Part shown: piece by piece, positions 48,106 to 59,601 of the stretch
How the letters are laid out: the number at the start of each line of letters is the position of its first letter
Position numbering within the stretch: position 1 is the first letter of the stretch
From: Myxococcota bacterium
Lineage (GTDB): Bacteria > Myxococcota_A > SURF-8 > G963663525
Direction of reading: 5' to 3'
NCBI GenBank assembly: GCA_963676915.2
Contig: CAXXVK010000067.1
Location: 32,001-96,000 of the forward strand
DNA length: 64,000 bases
Notes under the pieces: model-generated
The model's input: the letters and a program-made list of their open reading frames with translations, nothing else
The model's database searches: none
Told to the model about the DNA's origin: nothing
Program-made: the position numbers and the translations under genes

Positions 48106-49188
48106 ATGAAAACACTCTATAGCGCCTTTGGTTTCTCGGTATGGTTAGTGTTGTTGGTTTGTCTGATGTTACCAGTACCTGGAACTGCAAAAACGGTTAA
48201 GCGGGAAAGCGTCAAAGTACTGAAGTTAGGAACCGTCGCTCCCGAGCACACCCCTTGGGCGCAGTCCATGCAAAAACTGAAAGAAATGGTGGAAGGGCAG
48301 GGTAAGAGTGCAGTTCGTGTCAAACCGTTTATGGGTGGTCGCCTGGGAAATGAAACGTTCCTCCTCAAATCCTGCATGAAAGGTGAAATAGACATCGTGG
48401 CGGTTTCCGGGACGGTGGTTGCTGAAATCATCCCGGAGTTTGATGTTCTTGAATTCCCTTATCTTTTCGAGTCGGCGGAAGAAGCGGACTGGGTTATCGA
48501 TACGATATTGACAAACAAGATTCTCAGCAAACTTGAAAAAAACGGTCTCGTACTGCTGGGTTGGGCGGAAAACGGTTTCATGGGTCTCGCTTCGACCGAT
48601 AAAGCGATTCATCATCCCGATGATATGGCAGGGATGTCAATTCGAAGCCAGGAAAGCCGCGTTGCCATGGAAACATTGGCATCGTTTGGTACCAAACCCA
48701 TGAAGCTCGGTGTTCGGGACGTAGCATTGTCGTTGAAGTCTGGCATTATTCATGGCTTTCAAGGCTCCGTAGTGTGGATCGGCGCTTCCGGGTGGTCCAA
48801 AGCCTCGAAATATTTTCTGAAAACCCGCCATGCTTATCAGCCGGCTTTGGTGATAGCTTCCAAAAAATCATTCGACAACTGGCCCAAAGCCGTTAAATCT
48901 TTATTTCGTCTTCCCAACGAAGAATTCACGCGCTTTTCTCGCGAAGTGATTCGACGTAGCGAAGATCAGTGGGAAGAAAAACTGAAAAAAGACGGAATGA
49001 TCGTCTCTGAAGTCACTGAAGAACAGCACCAAGCATTTGCCAAGAGAACCGAAGTCGTGTACGCTCGCAAAAGTCAGATTCTGGGACTTTCCGGAGCCGA
49101 GTTACTCGACGAAGTGCTCCGGGCTTTAAAGCAACGACGTGCGGGAGGTGCTGATGCAGTGCGAGGAAAAGACGATCCGGGCCGCTGA
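48106..49188 (+). CDS. dctP: TRAP transporter substrate-binding protein (DctP family)
   Basis: Signal peptide; KLGTVAPEHTPW, GGRLGNE, EFPYLF, ENGF, PDDMAGMSIR. Confidence 0.88.
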   Translation: MKTLYSAFGFSVWLVLLVCLMLPVPGTAKTVKRESVKVLKLGTVAPEHTPWAQSMQKLKEMVEGQGKSAVRVKPFMGGRLGNETFLLKSCMKGEIDIVAVSGTVVAEIIPEFDVLEFPYLFESAEEADWVIDTILTNKILSKLEKNGLVLLGWAENGFMGLASTDKAIHHPDDMAGMSIRSQESRVAMETLASFGTKPMKLGVRDVALSLKSGIIHGFQGSVVWIGASGWSKASKYFLKTRHAYQPALVIASKKSFDNWPKAVKSLFRLPNEEFTRFSREVIRRSEDQWEEKLKKDGMIVSEVTEEQHQAFAKRTEVVYARKSQILGLSGAELLDEVLRALKQRRAGGADAVRGKDDPGR

Positions 49189-49990
49189 CGGCTATCAATT
49201 ATACACTCAAAGTTTCGAACCCGAAAACCCCGTGGCCGCGCTGGTCATTTTTCATGGATACGGCGAGCATATCGACCGTTATCGTCATGTGGTCGCGCAT
49301 TATTACGAAAAAGGTTATGCCTGTTATCTGCTCGATCATCGTGGGCACGGACGCTCTCAGGGGCGTCGTGGTCATGTGATGCAGTGGCGGGAATATCTGG
49401 ATGACGCCGAATGCTTCTGGAATGAAATCGTGGCTCCGAAATGGGAAAACGGTCCGGTCTGGTTGCTGGGCCACTCCATGGGCGGATTGATTGCCGCATC
49501 CTACGTGCTGGACAAGAAGCCGGTTTTGAAAGGGCTGATTCTTTCCTCTCCGTTTTTCGGACTCAAAGCCAAAGTGAATATCGCGAAGTTGATCGCGGGA
49601 CAGATCATGAGCAGGATCGTACCGACGCTTTCCCTCAAGACCGATATCGAGCCTGCTTTGCTGACCCACCAACAGGAATTCGTCCGGGAATACGAGGAAG
49701 ATCCGCACGTGCACAAAGTGGCCAACGCTCGTTGGTTCACAGAGACGTTGAAGACCCAGGAGCATTGTCTCAAGGACGCCTCGTTGCTCGAAACACCCAA
49801 CCTGCTCGTGGTTCAGGGTGGAGATGATCAGATCGTCGATCCGTCGGTCAGCCGGGCGTTTTACGACCGCGTGGCCGTTGAAGACAAGAAGTTCATCTTA
49901 TACGAAGGTTTTTATCACGAAGTGCTCAACGAAACGGATCGGGAGCGGGTTTTTGTCGATCTCGACGCCTGGTTGGATGAAAGGGTGTAG
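49154..49990 (+). CDS. Alpha/beta hydrolase, lysophospholipase/monoglyceride lipase family
   Basis: HGYGEH..RY, DHRGHGRS, GHSMGG, D..V, YHEVLNE. Confidence 0.92.
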   Translation: MQCEEKTIRAADGYQLYTQSFEPENPVAALVIFHGYGEHIDRYRHVVAHYYEKGYACYLLDHRGHGRSQGRRGHVMQWREYLDDAECFWNEIVAPKWENGPVWLLGHSMGGLIAASYVLDKKPVLKGLILSSPFFGLKAKVNIAKLIAGQIMSRIVPTLSLKTDIEPALLTHQQEFVREYEEDPHVHKVANARWFTETLKTQEHCLKDASLLETPNLLVVQGGDDQIVDPSVSRAFYDRVAVEDKKFILYEGFYHEVLNETDRERVFVDLDAWLDERV

Positions 49991-49992
49991 GA

Positions 49993-50931
49993 ATGGACCC
50001 CCAAAAATTGGAAAAACTCAATAAACTGAAGGATTCACGATCGGTCAAGGCGATTCGTCGTTCGAAAGGTCGCTATCTGGTTCCCAACGCGATTACGGCG
50101 CTCAGTTTGATTTTGGGTATCGTGTCGATCGTTATGGCTCTTAAAGGGAACCTCGTTCCCGCTGGTTGGACCATTCTGCTTTGTGCCATTCTCGATCGTC
50201 TGGACGGTCCGACGGCCCGTGCTCTGGATGCTTCCTCTGCGTTCGGTGGAGAGATGGACAGTTTTGCCGATTACACATCGTTCGGTGTGGCTCCGGCGAT
50301 TCTCGTGTTTTCGTCGCTCGGTCCTTCGGCTCCGGCAGGATTTTCCCTCCAGGGCGGCGAGGAATATTTCCTTTACGCTACGGTGATTATCTGGGCGTTG
50401 TTTGCTGCCATGCGCCTTGCGCGTTTCAATATCACTTCATTACCCAACAATCCGTACATGATCGGTATGCCTGCCCCGGCGGCTGGGACGATTGTCATTA
50501 CCATTCTGTTGATCGGATTGATGCGGCACGAGTATTCCTACGGACTGGCTCTTTTGGGTGTCATTCCTTATTTCATGCTGTTTTTCGCCTTGATGATGAT
50601 TTCCCGCATCCCCAGTTTGAAAAATTCCAAAGGTCGTGGTTGGCACTCGGAAAAATTCGAGCGAGGAGCCAGTGTGGTGATTTTCTTCCTGGTGATTACC
50701 CGAATGCTTCCGGAGATTCTCTTTTTCCTTGCCATCGCCTACATTATATTGGCCTTCGGATGGCCCCTGTTCCATCGTGAACGAGTGCAGGAAGAGTTGA
50801 AAAACCTTGGAATGCAGCTTGAAACGGGGACACTTCAGGTAGAGGAAGTCGAGGAAGACCTCTACGAAGAGGATGACTCCGATGATGCGGAAGGCGATTC
50901 CGAAAAAAGCACGGACGGAAACGAAAAATGA
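49993..50931 (+). CDS. pssA: CDP-alcohol phosphatidyltransferase (phosphatidylserine synthase-like)
   Basis: PNAIT, DRLDG..AR......FG..MDSFAD..SFGVAP, RLARFN, GMPAP. Confidence 0.85.
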   Translation: MDPQKLEKLNKLKDSRSVKAIRRSKGRYLVPNAITALSLILGIVSIVMALKGNLVPAGWTILLCAILDRLDGPTARALDASSAFGGEMDSFADYTSFGVAPAILVFSSLGPSAPAGFSLQGGEEYFLYATVIIWALFAAMRLARFNITSLPNNPYMIGMPAPAAGTIVITILLIGLMRHEYSYGLALLGVIPYFMLFFALMMISRIPSLKNSKGRGWHSEKFERGASVVIFFLVITRMLPEILFFLAIAYIILAFGWPLFHRERVQEELKNLGMQLETGTLQVEEVEEDLYEEDDSDDAEGDSEKSTDGNEK

Positions 50932-52103
50932 CGGTTGCGACGGGTCTGGATCGCTGGCTGAACGGTTCGGTTGACCTCCCGGGACACCGGGCCGCAGTAT
51001 TGTGTCACGCCGCGAGTGTAGACCGTCGTCTGAGGCATATCGTCAATCTCATTGGTGAAGATTCCCGCCTGGAAATCGTTCGCATCCTGGGACCGGAACA
51101 CGGGTTTCTGGGGGCGGCACAGGATATGGAGCCGGTTGAAGGCGGTTTCGTCTGGCGGGGCATTCCTGTCACCAGTCTTTATGGATTTACGGAAAAAGAA
51201 CTAAAGCCGACGCCCGAGGATTTCGATGGGGCGGATTTCCTGCTTGTGGATTTGCAGGATGTCGGTTCTCGCTATTACACCTATGCCGCCACCATGGCTT
51301 TTTGCATGGAAACGGCGGCGGATATCGGCTTGCCGGTTGTCGTGTTGGACCGTCCCAATCCCATCGGGGGGCGCATCGAAGGTTTTTCCCTGGAGGAAGC
51401 ATTTCGCTCTTTTGTGGGAATTTTGCCGGTCCCGACACGTCATGGCCTGACGATCGGTGAGTTGGCAAAGGTGGTCCATGGTGAAATGCGACCCGATGTG
51501 CAGCTTCAGGTCGTTGATATGGAGGGTTGGCAGCGCTCGATGTATTTCGAGCAAACCGGCTTGCCCTGGGTCATGCCTTCGCCCAATATGCCGACGGTGG
51601 ACACGGCTGTGGTCTATCCGGGAGGTTGCCTGCTGGAAGGCACCAATCTGTCCGAGGGACGTGGCACTACCCGTCCGTTCGAACTGTTTGGCGCACCTTG
51701 GCTCGATGTAGATCGAATCTTGGCGAAATTGTCTGACGAGGATCTGCGAGGATGCGCGCTTCGGACGGTGGAGTTTCTTCCGACGTTCCAGAAATGGGCC
51801 GGGAAATCCTGCCGGGGATTTCAGCTTCATGTTACCGACCGAGAACGTTTCGACTCGATTCGCACCTATTTGGCGCTGCTTGTCGCGATTTTTCAGGTTC
51901 ATTCTTCCTCTTTCGCTTGGCGCAACGACGAATACGAGTTCGTCGGCGACCGGCTCGCCTTCGATCTGCTGATCGGTCACGACCGGGTTCGTTCCCGCCT
52001 TGAGGCGGGAGAAGGAATCGAAGCGTTGCTTGAGTTGTCGAAAGCCACGGTCGAAGCGTTCGCCGAATCCCGCAACCGTTATCTGATCTATCCCGAATCA
52101 TGA
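50928..52103 (+). CDS. namZ: Exo-beta-N-acetylmuramidase NamZ (DUF1343) family
   Basis: PEHG, SLYG, DLQDVGSRYYTY, DRPNP, RHGLTIGE, PSPNMPT, SEGRGT. Confidence 0.92.
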   Translation: MTVATGLDRWLNGSVDLPGHRAAVLCHAASVDRRLRHIVNLIGEDSRLEIVRILGPEHGFLGAAQDMEPVEGGFVWRGIPVTSLYGFTEKELKPTPEDFDGADFLLVDLQDVGSRYYTYAATMAFCMETAADIGLPVVVLDRPNPIGGRIEGFSLEEAFRSFVGILPVPTRHGLTIGELAKVVHGEMRPDVQLQVVDMEGWQRSMYFEQTGLPWVMPSPNMPTVDTAVVYPGGCLLEGTNLSEGRGTTRPFELFGAPWLDVDRILAKLSDEDLRGCALRTVEFLPTFQKWAGKSCRGFQLHVTDRERFDSIRTYLALLVAIFQVHSSSFAWRNDEYEFVGDRLAFDLLIGHDRVRSRLEAGEGIEALLELSKATVEAFAESRNRYLIYPES

Positions 52104-53422
52104 ATTCCACCCGCAACGCGCCTGGCACCGGGAAGACTTTTGGCCCCTATCGACTCGTTCAGTTGCTGGGACAGGGAGGGATGGCCAAGGTCTGGATGGC
52201 GCAAAAAAACGAGGCTTCGGGAATGTTGCCTCGTTTCGCGGTGAAAGTCATTCACGACCATTTAAGCGGTCAGGAACGCTTCCAGGATCTCTTTCAGCGT
52301 GAGGCACGGATTCACGTCGGATTGAACCACCCGAACCTCGTCAAAGCGTTCGAAGTGGTGCGAGAAGGTGATCGGCTGGCGCTTGTCATGGAGCTGCTGG
52401 ACGGCAGCCTCGATAACGTTACGGCGAAATGGACGCCGGAACAGGTTGCCGAAATGATTCGTCAGGCGGCCTTTGCACTGGATTACCTGCACCATCCGCC
52501 GGAGAAAGAGACACGTTCTCCCCTCATTCATCGGGATCTTTCACCTTCCAACCTGCTTCTCGATTGTTTCGGTACGTTGAAAATCGGGGATTTCGGGATT
52601 GCTCGGTTATCGTATAGCAGCGGACTGACTGCCTTTACTCCGGGAAAACCGTTTTACATGGCGCCGGAACAGTTCGAAGGTCAAGTAACCTCGGCGAGCG
52701 ATATTTATTCCTTGGGCGTGGTCGCACTGGAGAAATGGAAGGGTAGGGAACTTTTTCGTGGAGAGCAAAAGCGAGAGACGCGACACGAACGTACCCTGGA
52801 GGCCCTGGAAAGTCTCACCGCGATACATGAAGAGTTGGTGGGTCTGCTTCGTGAGATGCTGCAAAACGATCCGAAGAGCCGTCCCACAGCAGCCCGGATC
52901 GTCGAGCGGTTGTCTGCACCTCATTGGAAAGGCGATGCATTGGCGCTAAAAGGGATGGTAGCGAAGCGTAATCGCTCGCTCACCACGCCTTCCGCCTCTC
53001 CGGTTTCTTCGACACCGGTTATGGGGATCGGCAAACCTCCCAAAATGGAAGCCCCCAAAAACGAGGTAACGCCGACAGGAAAACGGCTGCGTTTTCCGGT
53101 GCTCGGGCTTATCCTGGTGGTTGTAGCGTTCTTCCTGTTTCTTTCCGTGCGATGGGGACAGAATGAAAGCGAAGCACCTCTTACCGGCTTCGGATCGGTT
53201 GTGGAAACCGTGACGCCGGAAATGTACGACGCCCTTGTGGTCGTCTCGGCAAAGACCCGGCACGATGTTTTTCTGGACGGCAAACCCGTTGGGGTTACTC
53301 CTGTCAACCTGCGATTGCCCGTTGGGCGGCATGTGGTGGCTGTCCGCAAGGGAGATCAACCCATGCGGAGCAAAACGTTTGTTGCCGTTCGTGGGGCCAA
53401 CGCAGAACTTTACTTCAAATAA
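52100..53422 (+). CDS. Membrane Ser/Thr protein kinase with PEGA domain
   Basis: GQGGMA, AVK, HRDLSPSN, DFG, YMAPE; single TM; LDGKPVGVTP. Confidence 0.92.
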   Translation: MNSTRNAPGTGKTFGPYRLVQLLGQGGMAKVWMAQKNEASGMLPRFAVKVIHDHLSGQERFQDLFQREARIHVGLNHPNLVKAFEVVREGDRLALVMELLDGSLDNVTAKWTPEQVAEMIRQAAFALDYLHHPPEKETRSPLIHRDLSPSNLLLDCFGTLKIGDFGIARLSYSSGLTAFTPGKPFYMAPEQFEGQVTSASDIYSLGVVALEKWKGRELFRGEQKRETRHERTLEALESLTAIHEELVGLLREMLQNDPKSRPTAARIVERLSAPHWKGDALALKGMVAKRNRSLTTPSASPVSSTPVMGIGKPPKMEAPKNEVTPTGKRLRFPVLGLILVVVAFFLFLSVRWGQNESEAPLTGFGSVVETVTPEMYDALVVVSAKTRHDVFLDGKPVGVTPVNLRLPVGRHVVAVRKGDQPMRSKTFVAVRGANAELYFK

Positions 53423-53540
53423 TTTTAGACGATTTTCGAGAAGAAGGCCGGAATGGAGTCTATTGAAGGTATAAAACAATGCTTAATACTGTAAAATAAC
53501 ACTTAATTAAATTTAATTTATATCAACTCTGCAAAATTGA

Positions 53541-53569
53541 TTGACAAGCGATATTTTATGGTCTACAAT
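53541..53569 (+). promoter_or_regulatory. Sigma70-type promoter
   Basis: TTGACA-17 bp-TACAAT upstream of RBS GAGAGG. Confidence 0.8.
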
Positions 53570-53605
53570 CAGTGTAAACAAGTCAAGATAACCGAGAGGT
53601 GAGTG

Positions 53606-54103
53606 ATGCCTGATCCTTTTACCAAAACCGAACTGAAAAAATTGTCGAGCGATTATCCCAATGGAATCTCCTCGCAGGAAATCGTTCAGCTTTTCCGTGA
53701 ACGCGGATTCAAGTTCTCCGAAGCGACATTCCGCAAATACGTCCAGATGGGATTGGTCGAGCGCTGCCGCCGGGTCGGTCGTAAGGGCAAGCATCGGGGA
53801 AGCCGTGGTCTGTACCCGATTTCCACGATCGAACGGATCAATACGATCAAACGGATGATTTCGGGCGACATGACGTTGGAGCAGTTGCGAGGATCGTACT
53901 TCCAGCTTCGCCAGCGCGTGGAAGAGGTGGACCGCATCTTGATGGAAGTCCAACACGAAATCACCCGCCAGGAAGAGCAGAAGGAGCGTAAGGACCGCCA
54001 GGACGCCGCGATTCGTCGTGACGTGGAGCAAATCAGCAAAACGGTCCGACGCCTGATCCGCAAGCTTGAAACGCTGGAAAACGCTTACCTTCCCAGGCGC
54101 TAA
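53606..54103 (+). CDS. MerR-like winged-helix DNA-binding protein with C-terminal coiled coil
   Basis: FSEATFRKYVQMGL...RVGRKGKHRGSRGLYP; TLEQL; coiled-coil tail. Confidence 0.7.
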   Translation: MPDPFTKTELKKLSSDYPNGISSQEIVQLFRERGFKFSEATFRKYVQMGLVERCRRVGRKGKHRGSRGLYPISTIERINTIKRMISGDMTLEQLRGSYFQLRQRVEEVDRILMEVQHEITRQEEQKERKDRQDAAIRRDVEQISKTVRRLIRKLETLENAYLPRR

Positions 54104-54367
54104 GAACGGCTTGTCTTTCTCCGGAGAATGATATTCCTTACGTTTTCCGGAGAAGATACCCCAACTTATTGGAACATTTCGCTCCAAAAGGCTTGGTTTT
54201 CACACTTTTTTCACAAAACCGGGCAAATGGGGATTGACAATGTTGCGCCCATCCATTACTAAACCATCTTTGTGAATGGCTGAATGCCGATTGAAATCGA
54301 TGGTTTATTGGGCGTGCCGTCCTCAGCTACTATGGAATACTATGTGTGCTTCTAGGGAGGGGAGATC

Positions 54368-54781
54368 GTGTCGAGAAAAAAAGCCAACATGAAGAAGCAG
54401 GAGTTGGAAGAATTACGTAGGCAAAATGCCGAGCCGGAAATGGCCCACTGGATCGATGTTGCCGATCACGTGCGGCCAACCGAGCGCAAGCAATGTATGA
54501 ACGAAAAACGACCTTGCCTTTTTGTATCCTGCAAACATCATTTGTACCTGGATGTAAATCCTGAAACGGGATCGATCAAATTCAATTTCCCTGAAAAAGA
54601 AGTATGGGAAATGAAAGAAACCTGTTCTCTGGATGTGGCCGACCGTGGGGGAATCACCCTGGAGGAAGTCGGCGAAATTCTCAACCTGACGCGTGAACGT
54701 ATCCGCCAGGTCGAGGTCAAGGGCTTGACCAAGCTCAAGCACCAATCCCGCAAAAACAATCTCAAGGATTTCATAAGCTAA
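54368..54781 (+). CDS. Small protein with Cys/His-rich N-terminal part and sigma70 region-4 HTH
   Basis: C...[11 protein letters not shown]...ETCSLD then [20 protein letters not shown]; RBS GGGAGG. Confidence 0.85.
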   Translation: MSRKKANMKKQELEELRRQNAEPEMAHWIDVADHVRPTERKQCMNEKRPCLFVSCKHHLYLDVNPETGSIKFNFPEKEVWEMKETCSLDVADRGGITLEEVGEILNLTRERIRQVEVKGLTKLKHQSRKNNLKDFIS

Positions 54782-54849
54782 CGAAACTCCAGATTGTTTT
54801 TCAGGCCAAAACGCTAGCAAAGAAAATTGGTGGCGATTCTCGGGGGGAA

Positions 54850-55323
54850 TCAGCGTCGTAGTGTGGCGATGAGCCGGAGTGGATCGAGAAGAAGATCCAG
54901 GCCGGTTTCAATGCTCGGTACTACTGCATCCGACGCCAGCAGAGCCGAGGAGGCTGCACCTTCGTTGGGACTTAGAATCGCTATTCCGATGGCGGCGTCT
55001 TGCAAGGCTCCGGCATCGTTGGCACCGTTGCCGAAAACGACGGTCCGGTCGGCTCCGAGGGTATGGAGAATTCTACGTTTGGCTTCAATGGCGTTTTCGC
55101 TGGCGTCGAGAATTTCCACCTGCGCACCCAATCGTTCCGCAATGGCGCGTCCCTTGCCCCGAGTATCGCTTGTGACAAGGTGAATCGTGAGTTTTTCCGA
55201 AAGTTTACGGACTTTCTCCACCGTCTCTTCCGAAATTTCGCCTAACTCCGCGAGCGTGCCGTTTACATCGAAAAAGGCGTGTTCCAGGGTCAGCGTTTTC
55301 CAACCGGGAATGTCGATTTTCAT
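54850..55323 (-). CDS. HAD hydrolase (soluble P-type ATPase-like)
   Basis: DVNGTLA, TSDT, K, GNGAND; RBS GGAGA. Confidence 0.88.
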   Translation of the reverse strand: MKIDIPGWKTLTLEHAFFDVNGTLAELGEISEETVEKVRKLSEKLTIHLVTSDTRGKGRAIAERLGAQVEILDASENAIEAKRRILHTLGADRTVVFGNGANDAGALQDAAIGIAILSPNEGAASSALLASDAVVPSIETGLDLLLDPLRLIATLRR

Positions 55324-55380
55324 GGCGATGTCTCCATAAGTTCGTGAGATTTCAACCAAGAAAAAGTGCTGTCGAAAGGG

Positions 55381-57465
55381 TTAGCCCATCCAGCGCAACA
55401 AAAGCACTTCGGCGAAAAAGATCAGCAATATCAAACCCATCAACGATCCTGCCCACTCGCTTCGCAGGTTGGCGTCATGACCTTGACCCATGGGGCTAAG
55501 ACTGCCGGACAATACGGCGAGATCGCCTGGTTCAACAGGCATCAAATCGGATTCTTCAGGCTCCAGACCGGCGGAGAATGTCGAGGTGTGGTTTTTATCT
55601 TGGATGCGCCAGATTCCCGGTTGATCGATAAACGGAATCAGCAGTTCGTCACCTGTCGGTTTGATTTCGGTTTTTGCGCCGTTGGGGGCGAAAACTTCGA
55701 TGTTTCCTTCCAGATTGGAACCAACGATAACGTGCTTCGAACCTACCGTAGCCACTCGGGGGATTCGGCTGTCCGTGCGACCGGACAGGTAATGGGCAAT
55801 TTCCTGCATAAGTGCCAAAAAGCCGGGTTGAATCGGTAGGTTGGTCCATTGGCGGTCCACAGTGGAGGTGTAAAGGATCGAACGACCGCTGCCATAAGGA
55901 ACTTCCACCAAAGCCGGTTGGTGGTTCGTGTATCGGGCGAGGATGGTTTTTGATTTCGCCGGTTCCGGGTCGTAAAGATAGTAGTGATCGAAGGTCGCGT
56001 GATACAGGCTGGCGGCGGTTTCCTCGTTGAATACACGAAAGACGGGATGACCGAAGGCCAGTTGGGAGAGGTTCAGTGCGGCGGCGTTTTCCTCCGATGC
56101 CGTGGCGATTCTCGCCGCCTTGGCTCCCCGAAGTCGTCCGGGAAGCATGGGGCTAAGACCTTCGTTCAGGTCGTCCACCGCCAGTTTTTCGCCGGTACTG
56201 ACGAACAACCCGCCGCCACCGTATACGAATTCCCTGATTCGCATGGCGGCGTCCAGCGGTAATAAGCTTAAATGGCAAAGGAAAATTACGTCGAAATCCT
56301 CGAACGTCATGCCGGGGAGCTGGTCTACCGTTATTTGTCGGACATGCACTTGGGAGCGACCATCTCCCCCCGGATCGAGGGCGCTGGCGAGGTAAAACGC
56401 TTCGTCTTTCAGGCGTATTGTGGATGGTTCCCCCGAGACGATCAGAGCGCGGACTTCTTTTCCTGTGTCGATAATCAGCGACCGTCGATTGTCTGGGGCA
56501 AGGGCGTCGTCGGGAAGACGAATCTCCAAGTTGACCAGTCCAGACGATGCGAAACCATGCACGAACTCTTTGACTTCTTTCGAACGCGGGGCAAGGTCCA
56601 AAAAGCCACCCGCTACCGTTTTGCCTTCGCTGAGCAGGCTGATGGGGTAGTTGTTGAGCGCAGTGGCTCCCCAGTTGGCGACGGTCGCTTGGATTGACCA
56701 CACCGGTAGACCGCCGACGTACGTTTTTTCGGCGGTTATATCTTCCACCGAAACGTTAGGCAGCGGTTGTCTGTCGCGTACGTCCACCGGAACCAACAAT
56801 GGATCGTCCGGGTTGCCGGGCAGGGGCGAGCTTTCGAGACGATAGCCCTTGGAAAAATCCCCTACAAGGTAGATCAATTTCATTTCCTGAGGAGAATCTC
56901 TCAGCAATGCCAGCGCTTTTTCGATACCCATGGAGAGATCCGTGGATAAAAAGCCGGGCGTGATGGTGTCGAGCGTGTTCAGCAAAAGACCACGGTCGAA
57001 GGTAAGCTCGGTGGCATCACGCGGTTCCGAGCGTGAAAACGGCACGATAGCCGCACGATCCGTGGTGGGAAAGCTCTGTACCAACTCGTAGCTTTTTTTC
57101 CTTGCCAGATCGAACAGACTGCGACCCTCGTGCATGGCCTGCATGCTCAAGGAGGTATCCAGCAGGATCACCCGGCTGGCGGGTTTATCTTGCAAGGCGG
57201 CGGTCTCTATGGCGTTTTCAGGTGCCGTGAATGGCCGAGAGACGATCAAAACGGCCAGAATAATCAGCAGAATTCGCAACAACAACAACAGGATTTGCTT
57301 GATTTTGATCGAACGTGCCAGCTTTTTGTTGGAAAGTTGCACGAAGCGGAACGCCGCAAAAGGAACGATGCGCGCCCGTCGGCGGTTGATCAAATGGATG
57401 ATGATCGGCAGGGAAGCCAACAGCAATCCAGCCAGCAATCCCGGATGAAAGAACCCGAAATTCAT
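55381..57465 (-). CDS. BatA-domain/VWA membrane protein
   Basis: LPIIIHL..R, LLLLLR, DTSLSM MIDAS motif, DN, GATase-like FVYGGGGL domain, C-terminal TM. Confidence 0.88.
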   Translation of the reverse strand: MNFGFFHPGLLAGLLLASLPIIIHLINRRRARIVPFAAFRFVQLSNKKLARSIKIKQILLLLLRILLIILAVLIVSRPFTAPENAIETAALQDKPASRVILLDTSLSMQAMHEGRSLFDLARKKSYELVQSFPTTDRAAIVPFSRSEPRDATELTFDRGLLLNTLDTITPGFLSTDLSMGIEKALALLRDSPQEMKLIYLVGDFSKGYRLESSPLPGNPDDPLLVPVDVRDRQPLPNVSVEDITAEKTYVGGLPVWSIQATVANWGATALNNYPISLLSEGKTVAGGFLDLAPRSKEVKEFVHGFASSGLVNLEIRLPDDALAPDNRRSLIIDTGKEVRALIVSGEPSTIRLKDEAFYLASALDPGGDGRSQVHVRQITVDQLPGMTFEDFDVIFLCHLSLLPLDAAMRIREFVYGGGGLFVSTGEKLAVDDLNEGLSPMLPGRLRGAKAARIATASEENAAALNLSQLAFGHPVFRVFNEETAASLYHATFDHYYLYDPEPAKSKTILARYTNHQPALVEVPYGSGRSILYTSTVDRQWTNLPIQPGFLALMQEIAHYLSGRTDSRIPRVATVGSKHVIVGSNLEGNIEVFAPNGAKTEIKPTGDELLIPFIDQPGIWRIQDKNHTSTFSAGLEPEESDLMPVEPGDLAVLSGSLSPMGQGHDANLRSEWAGSLMGLILLIFFAEVLLLRWMG

Positions 57466-58361
57466 CAGCCCCCCCTCGACAACAGAAAAGACAGCAACGT
57501 GCCTTCCACGGCGTCGTCCGTGCGTACGCGGCGATATTCGATGCCTCGGGAGCGGCAGTCCTTTGCCAACTGGTCGGCCCATCCAAGAAAGACTTTGAGG
57601 TATTCTTTGCGAATGGCTTCCGGGTCGGCCAGCAGGCGTTCGTCGCCCTCCATGTCCTCGAAAAGACTGAGATGTTCGAAACGGAAGTCCAACTCGTCCG
57701 GGTGCAGAACGTGAAACAGCACCACTTCGTTATGACGCGCTTTGAGTCGTGCAAGCATCTGTACGATGTCGGTTTCCGGGTCGAACAGGTCGCTGACCAC
57801 GATGATCAGGTTGCGTCCGTGCACGGTTTCCGCCAGAAAACGCAGTGGGGTTTTAAGGTCGGTTTCGCCTTCGGGAGAAAGTTCCACGAGGGTGTGTAGC
57901 AATTCCTGAAAATGACTGCTGGCCGAACGTGGAGGCATGTAGCGCAACACGCGGTCATTGAAGCCGAGCAGTGCCGGAGAATCCTGTTGGCGGATCAGCA
58001 GAAACGCCAGGGCGGCGGTCATTACTCTCGCATATTCGAGTTTGTTCGTGTCGTCGCTTCCATATCCCATGGAACCGGAGGCGTCGATCAGCAGATAACC
58101 GCGCAGATTGGTTTCATCTTCGAATTTTTTGACATAAAACCGGTCGAAACGTCCGTATGCCTTCCAGTCGATGTGCCGGGTGTCGTCGCCCTGGGAATAT
58201 TCCTTGTGTTCGGCGAATTCGATGGACGAGCCATGTTGGGGCGATTTGTGCAGTCCCGTCAACACGCCATCGACGACGCGGTTGGCCTTGAGTTGCAGAT
58301 TCTGCAAGCGGGCCAGCAACTCGGGTGTGAGCAGCAATTGATCCTGCACCGGGGCGGTCAT
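57465..58361 (-). CDS. DUF58 domain protein
   Basis: GLHKS..GSSIEFAEHKEY..GDD.RHIDWK, DASGSM, SDL. Confidence 0.95.
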   Translation of the reverse strand: MTAPVQDQLLLTPELLARLQNLQLKANRVVDGVLTGLHKSPQHGSSIEFAEHKEYSQGDDTRHIDWKAYGRFDRFYVKKFEDETNLRGYLLIDASGSMGYGSDDTNKLEYARVMTAALAFLLIRQQDSPALLGFNDRVLRYMPPRSASSHFQELLHTLVELSPEGETDLKTPLRFLAETVHGRNLIIVVSDLFDPETDIVQMLARLKARHNEVVLFHVLHPDELDFRFEHLSLFEDMEGDERLLADPEAIRKEYLKVFLGWADQLAKDCRSRGIEYRRVRTDDAVEGTLLSFLLSRGG

Positions 58362-58368
58362 GGAGAGA

Positions 58369-59391
<1,023 letters not shown>

Positions 59392-59540
59392 GGCTTTGTC
59401 CGTTCGTTTCGCGGTGGTTTCCTATAAGAAACGCACGACTTGTCGAAAATATTCCGGCATTGTAGTGCGGAATGTTTCTAGACGATAGAGCTTTTCACGT
59501 TTTTTTCGTTTTTTACACGAAACGCAAAAATTGGGGCGAT

Positions 59541-59599
59541 TTTTCACGAAAAAACCGGAGCTAAAAAACTCCGGTTCGGAATGGTAACAAACGGGTTTG
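59541..59599 (-). repeat. 59-bp direct repeat copy 1 (terminator-containing)
   Basis: 57/59 identical to 61464-61522; contains an AACCGGAG/CTCCGGTT hairpin. Confidence 0.92.
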
Positions 59600-59601
59600 T
59601 A

